DNA of 64,000 bases, from contig JAZQAZ010000002.1 in the NCBI GenBank assembly GCA_045545475.1, positions 35,071 to 99,070 on the forward strand, read 5' to 3'. The position numbers were made by a program, and so were the translations under genes. The notes beneath the pieces are model-generated. The model had not been told where the DNA came from, did not search any database, and saw only the letters and a program-made list of their open reading frames with translations. The DNA comes from Clostridia bacterium (GTDB taxonomy: Bacteria; Bacillota; Clostridia; CAKSNL01; HGM11501). Positions within the stretch are counted from its first letter, which is position 1. Each line of letters starts with the position of its first letter. Positions 37,099 through 47,414 of the stretch are shown here, piece by piece.

Positions 37099-39345
37099 AT
37101 GATGATGTGTACGAGATGCCATAAAAATGTGGCGGTCGTGTTTATAACAAAGCTTGAAAACGGAAAGACAATAAACGAAGGCCTTTGCCTTAAGTGTGCC
37201 AAGGAAATGGGAATTCCGGCGGTTGATAAAATTATGCCCAATATGCCTGATATGGAAAACTTATCGGAGGAAGAACTTGAAAACATGACGAATCAAATTG
37301 CCGATATGTTCGGAGGAGAAATTCCCGGCATGATGAGCGGACTGTTTCCAAAAAGCGGTGAAGAAGCTTCCTACGATGACACAGAAGATGTAAAGGAAGA
37401 TAAACAGGATAAAAAGGACCCCGGCAAAAAACAAAATAAAAGAAAAATGCTGGAAACTTTCGGAACCAACCTTAATGAAAGAGCAAAAGAAGGCAAGGTG
37501 GACCGAGTAATAGGGAGAGACAGGGAAATTCAGCGTTTGATTGAAATACTTAATCGCAGACAAAAAAATAACCCCTGCTTGCTTGGTGAACCCGGAGTGG
37601 GTAAAACCGCTATTGCAGAGGGCCTTGCTGTAAGGATTGTGGAGAAAAAGGTTCCGGAAAAACTTCTTGATAAGGAAGTCTATGCTCTCGACTTTACGGC
37701 GATTGTCGCAGGAACTCAGTTCAGAGGACAGTTTGAGGCGAGACTTAAGGGAATCCTTGAGGAAGCCAAAAAGTGTGGCAATATAATACTTGTAATTGAT
37801 GAAATCCATAATATTATGGGTGCAGGCGATGCAGAAGGTGCAATGAACGCCGCAAACATATTAAAGCCAGCTCTTGCCAGGGGAGCGGTGCAGATAATAG
37901 GTGCAACAACTCTTACAGAATACAGAAAGCACATAGAAAAAGATACGGCTCTGGCGAGGAGATTTCAGACAATTATCGTTGATGAGCCGTCGCTTTCTGA
38001 AACTGTGGAAATATTAAAGGGAATAAGACCGTATTATGAAAATTATCATCATGTAATAATATCGGATGAGTGTTTGAGAGCAGCTGCGGTTTTATCCGAG
38101 AGATACTTAAATGAAAAGTTTTTGCCGGATAAAGCTATTGACGTAATAGACGAAGCAGGCTCCAAGGCTAATCTTGCCAATGAGGCGTTGGCACGTCTTA
38201 CCGTATTAAAGCGTGAACTAAATAAGCTTACTGCGGAAAAGGAAGCTGTGGAAAACGACGATTCCATTGATTACTATAAAAAGATGTCCGAGTACAAGAC
38301 GAAAGAGGAACAGCTCGGGGCGGAAATTTCACAGCTCGAAAAAGCCAGCGAATTTACTTCGCTGACTGTGGATCACATTGCGTCAGTAATTGAGAATATG
38401 ACAAAAATTCCTGTTCAGAAAATAACTGAGCTTGAAACAGATAAGCTTTTGTCTCTGGAGGAGATTTTGCACAAGAGAGTAATAGGACAGGATAAGGCTG
38501 TGGATGCTGTTGCCCGTGCAATCAGGCGTAACCGTGCGGGACTCTCTAAAAAGATGCGTCCTGCGTCATTTATATTCGTAGGTCCAACAGGTGTTGGTAA
38601 AACAGAGCTTGCAAAGGCATTGGCAGAGGCTATGTTTGACAGCGAGGATTATATTATCCGTATGGATATGACAGAATATATGGAAAAGCATTCCGTTGCC
38701 AAAATCATCGGTTCACCTCCGGGATATGTGGGTTATGACGACGCCGGTCAGCTTACTGAAAAGATAAGACGTCGCCCGTATTCTGTTATTCTGCTTGATG
38801 AAATTGAGAAGGCACACCCTGACATTCATAACATTCTTTTACAGATTTTAGATGACGGAAGACTTACAGACAGCCATGGTAAGGTAGTAAGCTTTGAGCA
38901 TGCTGTAATTATTATGACTTCTAATGCAGGCTCTGACTGGAAAGGTTCGGGTCTTGGATTTACACCGGATGCGGCAGCGGCAGATTCCGAAAAGGTAAAG
39001 CGTGCTCTTAAGGATGTTTTCCGTCCTGAATTCTTAAACAGAGTTGACGAGGTTGTGGTGTTTAATCGAATTACTGAAGAGGATTCTTTGAAAATTGTTG
39101 ACATCATGCTTTCTGACATTACCTTTATGCTTTCCGAAAAAGGCATAAAGCTTGTTGTGACAGAGGAGGCAAAAAAGTATATTGCATCAAAAGGATATGA
39201 CGATAAAAACGGTGCAAGGCCCATGCGTCGCCTTATATCCAATGATATGGAAGATATTGTGGCAGAGGCCATTATAAGAGGAAAGCTTAAAGCGGGAGAT
39301 ATATGCACTATAGGTATTGTAGAAGATAAACTTGCGATAGTATAA
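37099..39345 (+). CDS. clpE: ATP-dependent Clp protease ATP-binding subunit, ClpE-type (N-terminal zinc ribbon, two AAA+ modules)
   Basis: CTRC-x22-CLKC zinc ribbon at the N-terminus. Walker A motifs GEPGVGKTA and [10 protein letters not shown] ClpP-docking-like loop GLGF is present. No ClpC-type N-domain repeats are present. Confidence 0.8.
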   Translation: MMMCTRCHKNVAVVFITKLENGKTINEGLCLKCAKEMGIPAVDKIMPNMPDMENLSEEELENMTNQIADMFGGEIPGMMSGLFPKSGEEASYDDTEDVKEDKQDKKDPGKKQNKRKMLETFGTNLNERAKEGKVDRVIGRDREIQRLIEILNRRQKNNPCLLGEPGVGKTAIAEGLAVRIVEKKVPEKLLDKEVYALDFTAIVAGTQFRGQFEARLKGILEEAKKCGNIILVIDEIHNIMGAGDAEGAMNAANILKPALARGAVQIIGATTLTEYRKHIEKDTALARRFQTIIVDEPSLSETVEILKGIRPYYENYHHVIISDECLRAAAVLSERYLNEKFLPDKAIDVIDEAGSKANLANEALARLTVLKRELNKLTAEKEAVENDDSIDYYKKMSEYKTKEEQLGAEISQLEKASEFTSLTVDHIASVIENMTKIPVQKITELETDKLLSLEEILHKRVIGQDKAVDAVARAIRRNRAGLSKKMRPASFIFVGPTGVGKTELAKALAEAMFDSEDYIIRMDMTEYMEKHSVAKIIGSPPGYVGYDDAGQLTEKIRRRPYSVILLDEIEKAHPDIHNILLQILDDGRLTDSHGKVVSFEHAVIIMTSNAGSDWKGSGLGFTPDAAAADSEKVKRALKDVFRPEFLNRVDEVVVFNRITEEDSLKIVDIMLSDITFMLSEKGIKLVVTEEAKKYIASKGYDDKNGARPMRRLISNDMEDIVAEAIIRGKLKAGDICTIGIVEDKLAIV

Positions 39346-39350
39346 AACTC

Positions 39351-39379
39351 TTGCAAAACGGATTTTATTATGTTATAAT
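39351..39379 (+). promoter_or_regulatory. Sigma-70-type promoter for rnpB
   Basis: TTGCAA (39351-39356), 17 nt, TATAAT (39374-39379) with an extended TG at 39371-39372. Confidence 0.65.
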
Positions 39380-39384
39380 GACGA

Positions 39385-39747
39385 GGATGTAGGACAGACA
39401 ATCGCGGGACAGGAGAAATCCTGTAATGAGGAAAGTCCGGGCTCCCGGGCAAAGGATGCCGGGTAACTCCCGGTGAAGGTAACTTTAAGGAAAGTGCAAC
39501 AGAAACATACCGCCTGTAGAATTTTTAATATTTTTCTATGGGTAAGGGCGAAATGGTGAGGTAAGAGCTCACCGGCTTCGGGGTAATCCGAAGGCCGTGT
39601 AAACCCCATCCGGAGCAACGTCTGCAATGGCGAAAAGGGTAAAAGATGGCCCGTCTCCTTTTCGGCAGGCGGCTTTAGCCTTGCAGAGATGCATGGCATA
39701 GATAGATGATTGTCTGATACAGAACCCGGCTTACAGTCCTGCTTCAT
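39385..39747 (+). ncRNA. rnpB: RNase P RNA, bacterial type A
   Basis: Universal motifs gaggaaagtccgggc, agtgcaacagaaa, ggtaagagc, gtaaacccc, tagatagatgattg and acagaacccggcttac. P1 (gtaggac/gtcctgc) and P2 (agacaatc/gattgtct) pair. The end coordinates are good to about 5 nt. Confidence 0.92.
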
Positions 39748-39781
39748 AAAAAAGAGAGCGTATAAATACGCTCTCTTTTTT
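39748..39781. terminator. Bidirectional hairpin terminator shared by rnpB and the convergent capD-like gene
   Basis: agagagcgta-taaa-tacgctctct with an A-run upstream and a T6 run downstream. Confidence 0.85.
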
Positions 39782-41672
39782 AATTATCTGTTCTTTTATA
39801 TGTGGGGACAACCTTGTGTACGGCTTCTTTTATTATGTCCGGATCCGATGTTTTGACAGCCTCCGACAATACGGAAAGTTTTTGATTGACTTCTTCGATT
39901 GTAATATCGAAGGGCTTTCCGATGAATATTTTTTCGTGAGAGGTATCGGTTAATCCTTCTTCGCTCATTAAAAGTTCCTCGTAAAGCTTTTCTCCGGGAC
40001 GAAGACCTGTAACCTTAATTGGAATGTCCACATTGGGAGTGAATCCTGAAAGACGTATAAGGTTTTCAGCAAGGTCATAAATTCTTACCGGACTTCCCAT
40101 ATCAAGTACAAATATTTCTCCGCCACCCGCATTTGCCGCCGCTTGAATTACAAGCTGAGAGGCTTCGGGTATTGTCATAAAGAATCGGGTGATGTCCTTG
40201 TGGGTTACGGTAACAGGACCACCGTGGGCAATTTGTCTTTTGAAAAGAGGGATAACACTTCCGTTGGAGCCAAGTACGTTTCCGAATCGTACAGCAACAA
40301 ATTTAGTATCACTTACCTTATCCATTGCCTGAATAATCATTTCGCACATTCTCTTTGTTGCACCCATGACATTTGTGGGATTAACGGCTTTGTCTGTGGA
40401 AATCATTACAAACTTTGAAACGTTGTGTTTTGCGGCATAAGTGGCAACGTTATATGTGCCGAATACATTGTTTTTAATTGCTTCTCCGGGCGAATCTTCC
40501 ATAAGAGGAACGTGCTTGTGTGCAGCTGCATGGAAAATTATGCTGGGTTTATATGTGGAAAATACAGCATCAAGGCGTTCTCCGTCTCTGATAGATGCAA
40601 TTATCACGGAAAGATTTAAATCGGGATAACTTCCACGAAGCTCCATCTGGAGGTCATAGGCATTGTTTTCGTATATATCAAGAACGATAAGGTGGGAGGG
40701 GGAAAACTTGGCAATCTGTCTGCAAAGCTCGCTTCCGATTGAACCTCCTCCGCCGGTTACCATAACGACCTTTCCTTTAATATCTTCTTCAACTGCACTG
40801 TTGTCAAGTACAATGCTGTCTCTTGCGAGAAGGTCTTCGATTTCTACGTTACGGGAAACAAATTTTTGCGGATCACCGTCCACAAGTGAGTTTTTTGCAC
40901 TTTCCATAATTTTAAGTTTACAGCCTGTTTTGTTGCATTTATTAAGAATGGCTGTACGCTCTTTTGCGGAAAGTGAAGGAATAGCAAGGTGTATTTCGTC
41001 AACGGAATGGTTTGAACAGATGGATTCAATATCATCAAGCGAACCTAAAATACGAACATCCTCTATGAAAGAGTTCTTTTTTCTGTAATCATCATCTATA
41101 AATCCTACAATATTGTAAAATACATTGGAATTGATATCGGTAATGAGGTTGTGAAGCAATATGTTTCCGCCGTCACCGGCACCGATGATAAGAACGTTTA
41201 CCGTTTTTGAAGAGGTTGTTTTTTGCTTTCTGATTTTTGATATTTTTGATATTCCTCTTATTGCCATTCTTGAAAGAATAGCCCAAAGGAAAAATGTTAT
41301 ATTATAAAGAACGGCAAAACGTTCACCGATATACTGCGATACACCAGAGAAGAAAAGGGAACTTATAAGAGTATTGATTGCAGAAGAAATGATTAGGGAG
41401 AATATAAGTCTGATATAATTCTTTGTGCCTGCATAAAGCCACATTACTTGCTGACTTCTGGACAAGGTGATTGTAAGAAGGTATATAGCTATGGTAATCA
41501 GAAGATATAAAACATCAAAATTATCGAAAGAGGTTTTAACGGTAAAAATGTCAGGGATTGAATGAACTGATGTGTTTAAAAAAACCTTGGTAAAGAAATA
41601 TACTAAGATGGCTACAATAAAATCGTAAAACAATAAATATCTGTTTCTTGTGAATTTTTTAAAGTATTTCAT
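39780..41672 (-). CDS. capD: Membrane-anchored polysaccharide biosynthesis protein, CapD/EpsC-type NDP-sugar 4,6-dehydratase/epimerase
   Basis: N-terminal TM helices and two Rossmann motifs (IIGAGDGG and VTGGGGSIGSEL). The start is taken at the second Met (41672) because of the ggggag RBS. 41693 is also possible. Confidence 0.8.
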   Translation of the reverse strand: MKYFKKFTRNRYLLFYDFIVAILVYFFTKVFLNTSVHSIPDIFTVKTSFDNFDVLYLLITIAIYLLTITLSRSQQVMWLYAGTKNYIRLIFSLIISSAINTLISSLFFSGVSQYIGERFAVLYNITFFLWAILSRMAIRGISKISKIRKQKTTSSKTVNVLIIGAGDGGNILLHNLITDINSNVFYNIVGFIDDDYRKKNSFIEDVRILGSLDDIESICSNHSVDEIHLAIPSLSAKERTAILNKCNKTGCKLKIMESAKNSLVDGDPQKFVSRNVEIEDLLARDSIVLDNSAVEEDIKGKVVMVTGGGGSIGSELCRQIAKFSPSHLIVLDIYENNAYDLQMELRGSYPDLNLSVIIASIRDGERLDAVFSTYKPSIIFHAAAHKHVPLMEDSPGEAIKNNVFGTYNVATYAAKHNVSKFVMISTDKAVNPTNVMGATKRMCEMIIQAMDKVSDTKFVAVRFGNVLGSNGSVIPLFKRQIAHGGPVTVTHKDITRFFMTIPEASQLVIQAAANAGGGEIFVLDMGSPVRIYDLAENLIRLSGFTPNVDIPIKVTGLRPGEKLYEELLMSEEGLTDTSHEKIFIGKPFDITIEEVNQKLSVLSEAVKTSDPDIIKEAVHKVVPTYKRTDN

Positions 41673-41877
41673 CTGAGACAGCTCCCCTTGCATAGAAATA
41701 TCCTATATTCAATTTATTATATCATATTGATTAAGGAAAAGCAAGGGGCAAAAAAACAAGGAATCTCTACGATTTTTCTCGAAAAACTTGATTTTTAATA
41801 GTTAATGTGGTAAAATATTATATTAAATTATTACATTAAATTATTATACTGATTTTTATAGTAGGAAATGGGAAGAG

Positions 41878-43506
41878 GTGATTCCTATATTTGATACATT
41901 GATACGAGTGCATTTTTCTAAAAAAGTGTACTTTTTCGTTGCACTGTTATTAATTATGTTTTGCGGAATCTTTGAGGTTATCCTTCCCAAGATAATAGCC
42001 GATGTTTTAGAGTGCGGTGTAGCACAGGCAGATTTTACCGTGATTTACGAAATGATTATAAAAATGATGGTGATTTCCGGACTTATTGCTGTTTTCAGCT
42101 ATTTTGCATCGGCATTGCTGGCAGTGGCAAAATCCGATTTTGAAAATAACTTGCGTTTGGGGATATTTAAGAAATATCAAACATCCTGTGAGATGGAAGT
42201 TACGAGCGGTAAAAGCGTAACGATGCTTACAGCTGATGTTGATAAGGTTTCAGACATTGTGATTTTTGCCGTAGAACTTGTTTTCAAACCCTTCGTGATG
42301 ACTGTTCTCAGCTTTATAATGATATTTTTTATCGATAAATATGTGGGATTATGCTTTTTGTTTTTCTTTTTGATGCAGATAGTGCTTATTAATTACTTCT
42401 CGAAGAGATTACAGCACGGATTTGAAAAGGTGCAATCTGTAATAGATAAAATAAACAGCCATATTCAGGAAGTTTTGGAAAATATAAAATTCGTCAAAAT
42501 TTCATGTTCTCAGAAATATGAAAGCGATAAGTTCGATGAAATGAATGAAAAAAGATACGATGAAAAAGTGTATATACTGAAAAAAATAAGCTATTTTAAT
42601 CCTTTGGTTGCTTTTTTTATGAATCTGGCATTGGCACTTACGGTTGTTTTTCTGGGAATAAAAAACAGCTGGTCCGGTGCAGAGGTGGGCAGTGTGATAA
42701 TGCTTATATCTTATGCAGAGCAAATTGTAACGGCTATCGTTTCCTCGGGCAGAGGAATTCAGCAGTTTTCAGAATATAAGGCATCGTACGGGAGACTGAA
42801 AGAAATATTATTTAAAGAAGAGCCGGCAGATAAGACTTACGGTACGGGAAAAATAAGCCAGGTTACTTTTGATGATGTAACGTGCGTTGATTCAAATGGA
42901 GGAACTTTGTTTGAAAATTTGAATTTCACAATAAAAACCGGAGACAGAATTGCCGTAATCGGAAGTACAGGATGCGGAAAAACACTTTTTTCAGGGCTTT
43001 TTTCAGGAAGCAGCAAGCCTGATTCCGGAAAAGTTATAATAAATGATAATAATGAAATGGCGAAATTCAGCAGAGACAAAGTTGCGTATGCAGGAGAAGG
43101 AAACGGAATATTCTCTCTGAGCATTTATGATAATATTTCTCTCGGTAGGGATAATCTTTCGTTAGAGGAAGTTGAAAAGATAGTTGACGTTGTGAGGCTT
43201 AATGATTTTGTTGATAGCCGTAAATATAAATTGAAAACAATGCTTACGTCTGACGGAAGCACTGTATCCGGAGGAGAGAGGCAACGCATTGCTTTGGCAA
43301 GGGCATTGGCTGGAAAGCCTGATGTACTGGTAATTGACAATTCGACGTCTTCTGTTGATTATTTATCCGAAACGGAAATACTGCAAAATATTACAGAATA
43401 TATGCCGGAATTAATGATTGTTTTTATTACGCAAAGAAACAACAGCTTGAAAAATGTCGTGGAGAAACTTAATTTTAAGGAACAGAAGGTGTTTGCCGTT
43501 GGATAA
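41878..43506 (+). CDS. ABC exporter half-transporter (TMD-NBD) with a non-canonical Walker B and H-loop
   Basis: Walker A is GSTGCGKT and the signature is VSGGERQRIALARAL. Walker B is VLVIDN (Asn where the catalytic Glu is expected). The H-loop region reads ITQR (Gln where His is expected). The start is a GTG and is uncertain. Confidence 0.8.
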   Translation: MIPIFDTLIRVHFSKKVYFFVALLLIMFCGIFEVILPKIIADVLECGVAQADFTVIYEMIIKMMVISGLIAVFSYFASALLAVAKSDFENNLRLGIFKKYQTSCEMEVTSGKSVTMLTADVDKVSDIVIFAVELVFKPFVMTVLSFIMIFFIDKYVGLCFLFFFLMQIVLINYFSKRLQHGFEKVQSVIDKINSHIQEVLENIKFVKISCSQKYESDKFDEMNEKRYDEKVYILKKISYFNPLVAFFMNLALALTVVFLGIKNSWSGAEVGSVIMLISYAEQIVTAIVSSGRGIQQFSEYKASYGRLKEILFKEEPADKTYGTGKISQVTFDDVTCVDSNGGTLFENLNFTIKTGDRIAVIGSTGCGKTLFSGLFSGSSKPDSGKVIINDNNEMAKFSRDKVAYAGEGNGIFSLSIYDNISLGRDNLSLEEVEKIVDVVRLNDFVDSRKYKLKTMLTSDGSTVSGGERQRIALARALAGKPDVLVIDNSTSSVDYLSETEILQNITEYMPELMIVFITQRNNSLKNVVEKLNFKEQKVFAVG

Positions 43507-45256
43507 ATACCGTTTGGATTCGCACATTGGGAAAAAAGTAATTAAAGAAACGTTTCACACTTATATTTCAAGCGAGAAAAAAACATTGATTTTTGTAACG
43601 GCTCTTATACTATTTGCACTCTTTCTGGAACTTTGCATTCCTGTTTATCTGGAAGAAATAATAAATATTTTTGTATACAAGAAAACGGATACAAACGTAA
43701 CCATTTCCATATGCAAGCTGCTTTGCACATTTGTCTTTTTGGCTATAGCTGAAATACATAAAAATAAAATCATGGCAAAACTGGCAGAAAAGCTTGGAAA
43801 GAACCTGCGTGAAAAAGTATTTGGCGGATTTGTATCCATGTCCTGCGGAAACATTGATAAATACAATCACGGAGATCTTATGAGCCGTCTTGTAAATGAT
43901 ATAGAAAAGATAAGCTCGGTTATTGATTTGTACGATATGCTGCTGTCCACTTCTGTAATGACAATAGGTACAATGGTGCTTATGCTTTCTAAAAACATGA
44001 AATTGGCTGCTGTCTCCTTGGTTGTGGGGTTGATTTCGTTTCTGCTTATCAAAATTCTCTCAGGCGTAATGAGAGACTGCTACTTTGAACAACAGATAGA
44101 AATCGGAGCATTGACAACGGATATTGAAGAAGTCGCAAGAAACAGTAAAACCATTGACAATACAAATTCACATAATTTTTTCTTTGGCAGAGTTAAAAGG
44201 CAAAGTGAAAAGTTTAAAAAAATCAGGCAAAAAACCATGATAATAAATGCTATTCTTCCTTCAGCTGTGTTGATTTTAGGAAACCTTAACTGCATTTTAT
44301 TGATTTTTCTGGGATATGACAGTGTTGTTGAAGGTATCGTTACAATAGGTGCACTTCAGAGCATCATAATGTATTCAAAGCAGTTTATGGAGTCTGTTAA
44401 CATGCTTGGGGATACATCCATAAAGATACAAGGTTTCTTTTCGGGATGTGACAGAATTTCCGAGCTGTTTGAAAACAGCAGTGCGGATTATGAAAATAAT
44501 GTTTTAGAAGAAAACGTGAACCATAACTACGCTGTAATGTTTAATCGTGTTACTTTCGGTTATGCCGAGGATAAACCGATTTTAAAGGATTGCAATTTTA
44601 GAGTGGAAAATGGGAAAAAGGTTGCATTGATAGGATATACCGGGTGCGGCAAATCCACAATTTCCAATTTGATGATGAAGCTCTATGAGGGCTATCAGGG
44701 AGAAATATTTATAAAAGGTAAGGATTTGAAAACCATAAGCGATACTTCGCTGAAAAGTATGGTGGCTGTATCTTTACAGGAACCGAAAATTACAGCAGGT
44801 ACGGTTTATGAAAATATAATATACGGTTTTGAAGAAGGAAAAAGGGAAGATGTGGAAGAGCTAATCCGTCTTACCGATTTGGGAGAATTTGGCCGTTTCT
44901 TTCCTGAAGGACTTGATACGGTTGTTTCAAATTCAAGTCTTACATTAAATCAGAAACAGATAATTTCAGTTATAAGAATTCTCAATGCAGATCCGGATAT
45001 TATTATTTTCGACGAAACTTTGGCGGGATTTGACAGTAATAACAACCTCAAAATTAAAGAGAAGCTTATGGAAAGATTTTCTGATAAAACGATTATATTT
45101 ATCGGGCATGACCTTGAAAACTTTAAAAATATGGATCTCATATATGTTCTTGATGACGGATGCATAGAAGAACAGGGAACGCACGATGAATTGATAAAAC
45201 TTAAGAAAAAATATTATAGCTTGTATAACATTCAGCAAGCAGGAAAGGAAATATGA
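43454..45256 (+). CDS. ABC exporter half-transporter (TMD-NBD) with a degenerate signature motif
   Basis: Walker A is GYTGCGKST, Walker B is IIIFDE and the H-loop is IGHD. The signature position reads LTLNQKQ instead of LSGGQ. The ATG at 43454 overlaps the upstream gene by 53 nt. A TTG at 43499 is an alternative start. Confidence 0.8.
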   Translation: MSWRNLILRNRRCLPLDKYRLDSHIGKKVIKETFHTYISSEKKTLIFVTALILFALFLELCIPVYLEEIINIFVYKKTDTNVTISICKLLCTFVFLAIAEIHKNKIMAKLAEKLGKNLREKVFGGFVSMSCGNIDKYNHGDLMSRLVNDIEKISSVIDLYDMLLSTSVMTIGTMVLMLSKNMKLAAVSLVVGLISFLLIKILSGVMRDCYFEQQIEIGALTTDIEEVARNSKTIDNTNSHNFFFGRVKRQSEKFKKIRQKTMIINAILPSAVLILGNLNCILLIFLGYDSVVEGIVTIGALQSIIMYSKQFMESVNMLGDTSIKIQGFFSGCDRISELFENSSADYENNVLEENVNHNYAVMFNRVTFGYAEDKPILKDCNFRVENGKKVALIGYTGCGKSTISNLMMKLYEGYQGEIFIKGKDLKTISDTSLKSMVAVSLQEPKITAGTVYENIIYGFEEGKREDVEELIRLTDLGEFGRFFPEGLDTVVSNSSLTLNQKQIISVIRILNADPDIIIFDETLAGFDSNNNLKIKEKLMERFSDKTIIFIGHDLENFKNMDLIYVLDDGCIEEQGTHDELIKLKKKYYSLYNIQQAGKEI

Positions 45257-45257
45257 T

Positions 45258-47414
45258 ATGGAAAACAAGTCAATTTATATCAATGTAGAGGATCAACAGT
45301 CACTTATTCATCTTGGAAGTCTTGACTCATTTGATATAACCGCAGGGGGAAAGAAAGCGGCAAAGTTGATATTGAGTTATTTAAAGAAGAATGACAAGTC
45401 AAAACTTGAAAGAGCTATAAAAGTATATGAAAGCATAATTCCCAATGAAAATTTCGGTGGAGAATATACTGCACTTGAGTGGCTTTGCAAATTTTTCCTT
45501 GCTCCTTCCAAGGTTAAAGAGGATTTACTTTCCATTCCCATAAACAAGAGCTTTTACAATTTATTGTGCGACAATAATTATGAAAATCTTATTACCTATT
45601 TGAAGTACAAATACCACATCGTTGAATACGGACCCGGAGATAACATTGAAATAAAGGCTCAGATGAGATTCTTGGAAGACTTTATTTTGTTTAACAACCC
45701 GGACAGAGAGCGTTGGGAAACCACAAGAGAAAATATTGAGAAGTTAAACCTTAAGCCGGGAAGCAGCATAGCTGACGTGGGTTGCGGTCCCGGATATTAT
45801 TCCTTTAAGTTTGCGGATATCGTGGGCGAAGAAGGAAAGGTATACGCAATAGAGACAAATCCGAAGCATCTTGATTTCCTCAGAGGCTATGTTAAGGACA
45901 ATGATGTAAACAATGTTGAAATTGTGGAAAGCAGCTTTGAGGGAATAGGTTTATCTCCCGATATAAGAGTTGATGCCGTATACATATGCTCGCTTTATCA
46001 TAATGTATATGCGGCATTTACCGATGCCGAGAGAAATCAGTTTGTTAACAGTATAAGAACCGCTCTTAACGATGGGGGACAGCTTATCATTGTTGATAAT
46101 GACCTTGTTGCAGGACAGGATTTGCCTTATCACGGTCCTTATGTAAACAAAGATATGCTTATCAGCCAGCTTTATTATTACGGCTTTGAGCTTAAGGATA
46201 AGTTCCAGTTCTCCCCCCAGAGATATGTGCTTATTTTTGATAAGGTCGACATTCCTTTGGCCAAAACGCCTGAGGAAAAAGAGGGAAGCATTTTGGTTAA
46301 GTCAACTTCTTCTCTTGTAAGATACAGAATTATCGGAACCTCCACCTCCGGTTATACAATGAGGGGCAAACGCATCGGCCGTGTAATGTATGAAGGCTTT
46401 GTGGAAAATAATGAAGCTAAGTTAAAGGAAGCTTATGAAGGTTTTTCCAAGCTGTGGCCGCAGGAGCGTATTGGCGATGACTATACTGCGTTTATGTGGT
46501 TCATTGAATATAAGCTTGCGGACGAAGAAAAGCGTAAAGTTATGACAAAAGACCTTCTGACTAAATATTACGCCGATTATTTCTGTTCCAATGATTTTGA
46601 AAGGTTCAAGACTTATGTTTTCTATAAGTTCCATCTGGAGCTTCCTGACATTGATGACGCTTCCGATGATACAAACTATGAGTATAACGGCAAAGATTTC
46701 TCCATCGGAACATTGAACCAGTGGAATGAATTTCTTGTGTTTGACAATCCCAACAGAAATTTATGGGAGCAGACAGAGAAAATGTGTGAATTCTTCAATG
46801 TCAAAAAGGGAGAATATATTGCGGATATTGGCTGTGGCGGCGGATTTTTTACATGGTATTTCTCAAAGGCAGTAGGAGAGACAGGACGTGTATATGCAAC
46901 GGAAATAAATAAGGATGCTCTTTATTACCTTGAAGATTTCATAAATAAAAACTCTGTTTCCAACATAAAACCCATTATTACAAAAATGAATGATGCCGGA
47001 CTTCCCAAAAACAGTGTAGACACAATATTTATGTGCTCAATGTATCATGCTGTTTATATTACGGACATAGAATTTGTAAAGGATTCCTTTATAAGTACAA
47101 TTCATAAAGCACTCAGAAAGGGCGGCCGATTGATAATTGTAGATAACAATGTTACCGAGGAGGGTGTGACTCCTTATTACGGCCCCGGAATTCATCCTGA
47201 CTTAATTGTGAAGCAGTTGAAATTTTACGGATTTGATTTAAAGGAAAGATTTGAACTGATTCCTCAAAGATATGCTCTTGTTTTCGAGAAAAATCCTGAC
47301 TATAACGAAAAAGAGATGGGAGGTAAGGACAAGAATGGAAGAGAAAATACTGGCGGTATATGGAGAAAACGACTCCTCAGAACCAAAAAGGATGCAATGC
47401 CGCACGAGGGGTGA
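45258..47414 (+). CDS. Tandem-duplicated class I SAM-dependent methyltransferase (two [helical N-domain + MT] halves in one polypeptide)
   Basis: Motif I occurs twice (IADVGCGPGYY and IADIGCGGGFF), and post-I/II motifs occur twice (GKVYAIE/GRVYATE; GGQLIIVDN/GGRLIIVDN). The halves also share FNNPDRERWE/FDNPNRNLWE, YYGFELKDKFQFSPQRYVLIF/FYGFDLKERFELIPQRYALVF and YTALEWL/YTAFMWF. Confidence 0.75.
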   Translation: MENKSIYINVEDQQSLIHLGSLDSFDITAGGKKAAKLILSYLKKNDKSKLERAIKVYESIIPNENFGGEYTALEWLCKFFLAPSKVKEDLLSIPINKSFYNLLCDNNYENLITYLKYKYHIVEYGPGDNIEIKAQMRFLEDFILFNNPDRERWETTRENIEKLNLKPGSSIADVGCGPGYYSFKFADIVGEEGKVYAIETNPKHLDFLRGYVKDNDVNNVEIVESSFEGIGLSPDIRVDAVYICSLYHNVYAAFTDAERNQFVNSIRTALNDGGQLIIVDNDLVAGQDLPYHGPYVNKDMLISQLYYYGFELKDKFQFSPQRYVLIFDKVDIPLAKTPEEKEGSILVKSTSSLVRYRIIGTSTSGYTMRGKRIGRVMYEGFVENNEAKLKEAYEGFSKLWPQERIGDDYTAFMWFIEYKLADEEKRKVMTKDLLTKYYADYFCSNDFERFKTYVFYKFHLELPDIDDASDDTNYEYNGKDFSIGTLNQWNEFLVFDNPNRNLWEQTEKMCEFFNVKKGEYIADIGCGGGFFTWYFSKAVGETGRVYATEINKDALYYLEDFINKNSVSNIKPIITKMNDAGLPKNSVDTIFMCSMYHAVYITDIEFVKDSFISTIHKALRKGGRLIIVDNNVTEEGVTPYYGPGIHPDLIVKQLKFYGFDLKERFELIPQRYALVFEKNPDYNEKEMGGKDKNGRENTGGIWRKRLLRTKKDAMPHEG

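Noticed and set aside
38826-39747. 208-aa and 124-aa minus-strand ORFs covering 38826-39452 and 39373-39747.
   Set aside because: They run antisense through clpE and across the RNase P RNA gene. The conserved rnpB motifs explain the region fully.
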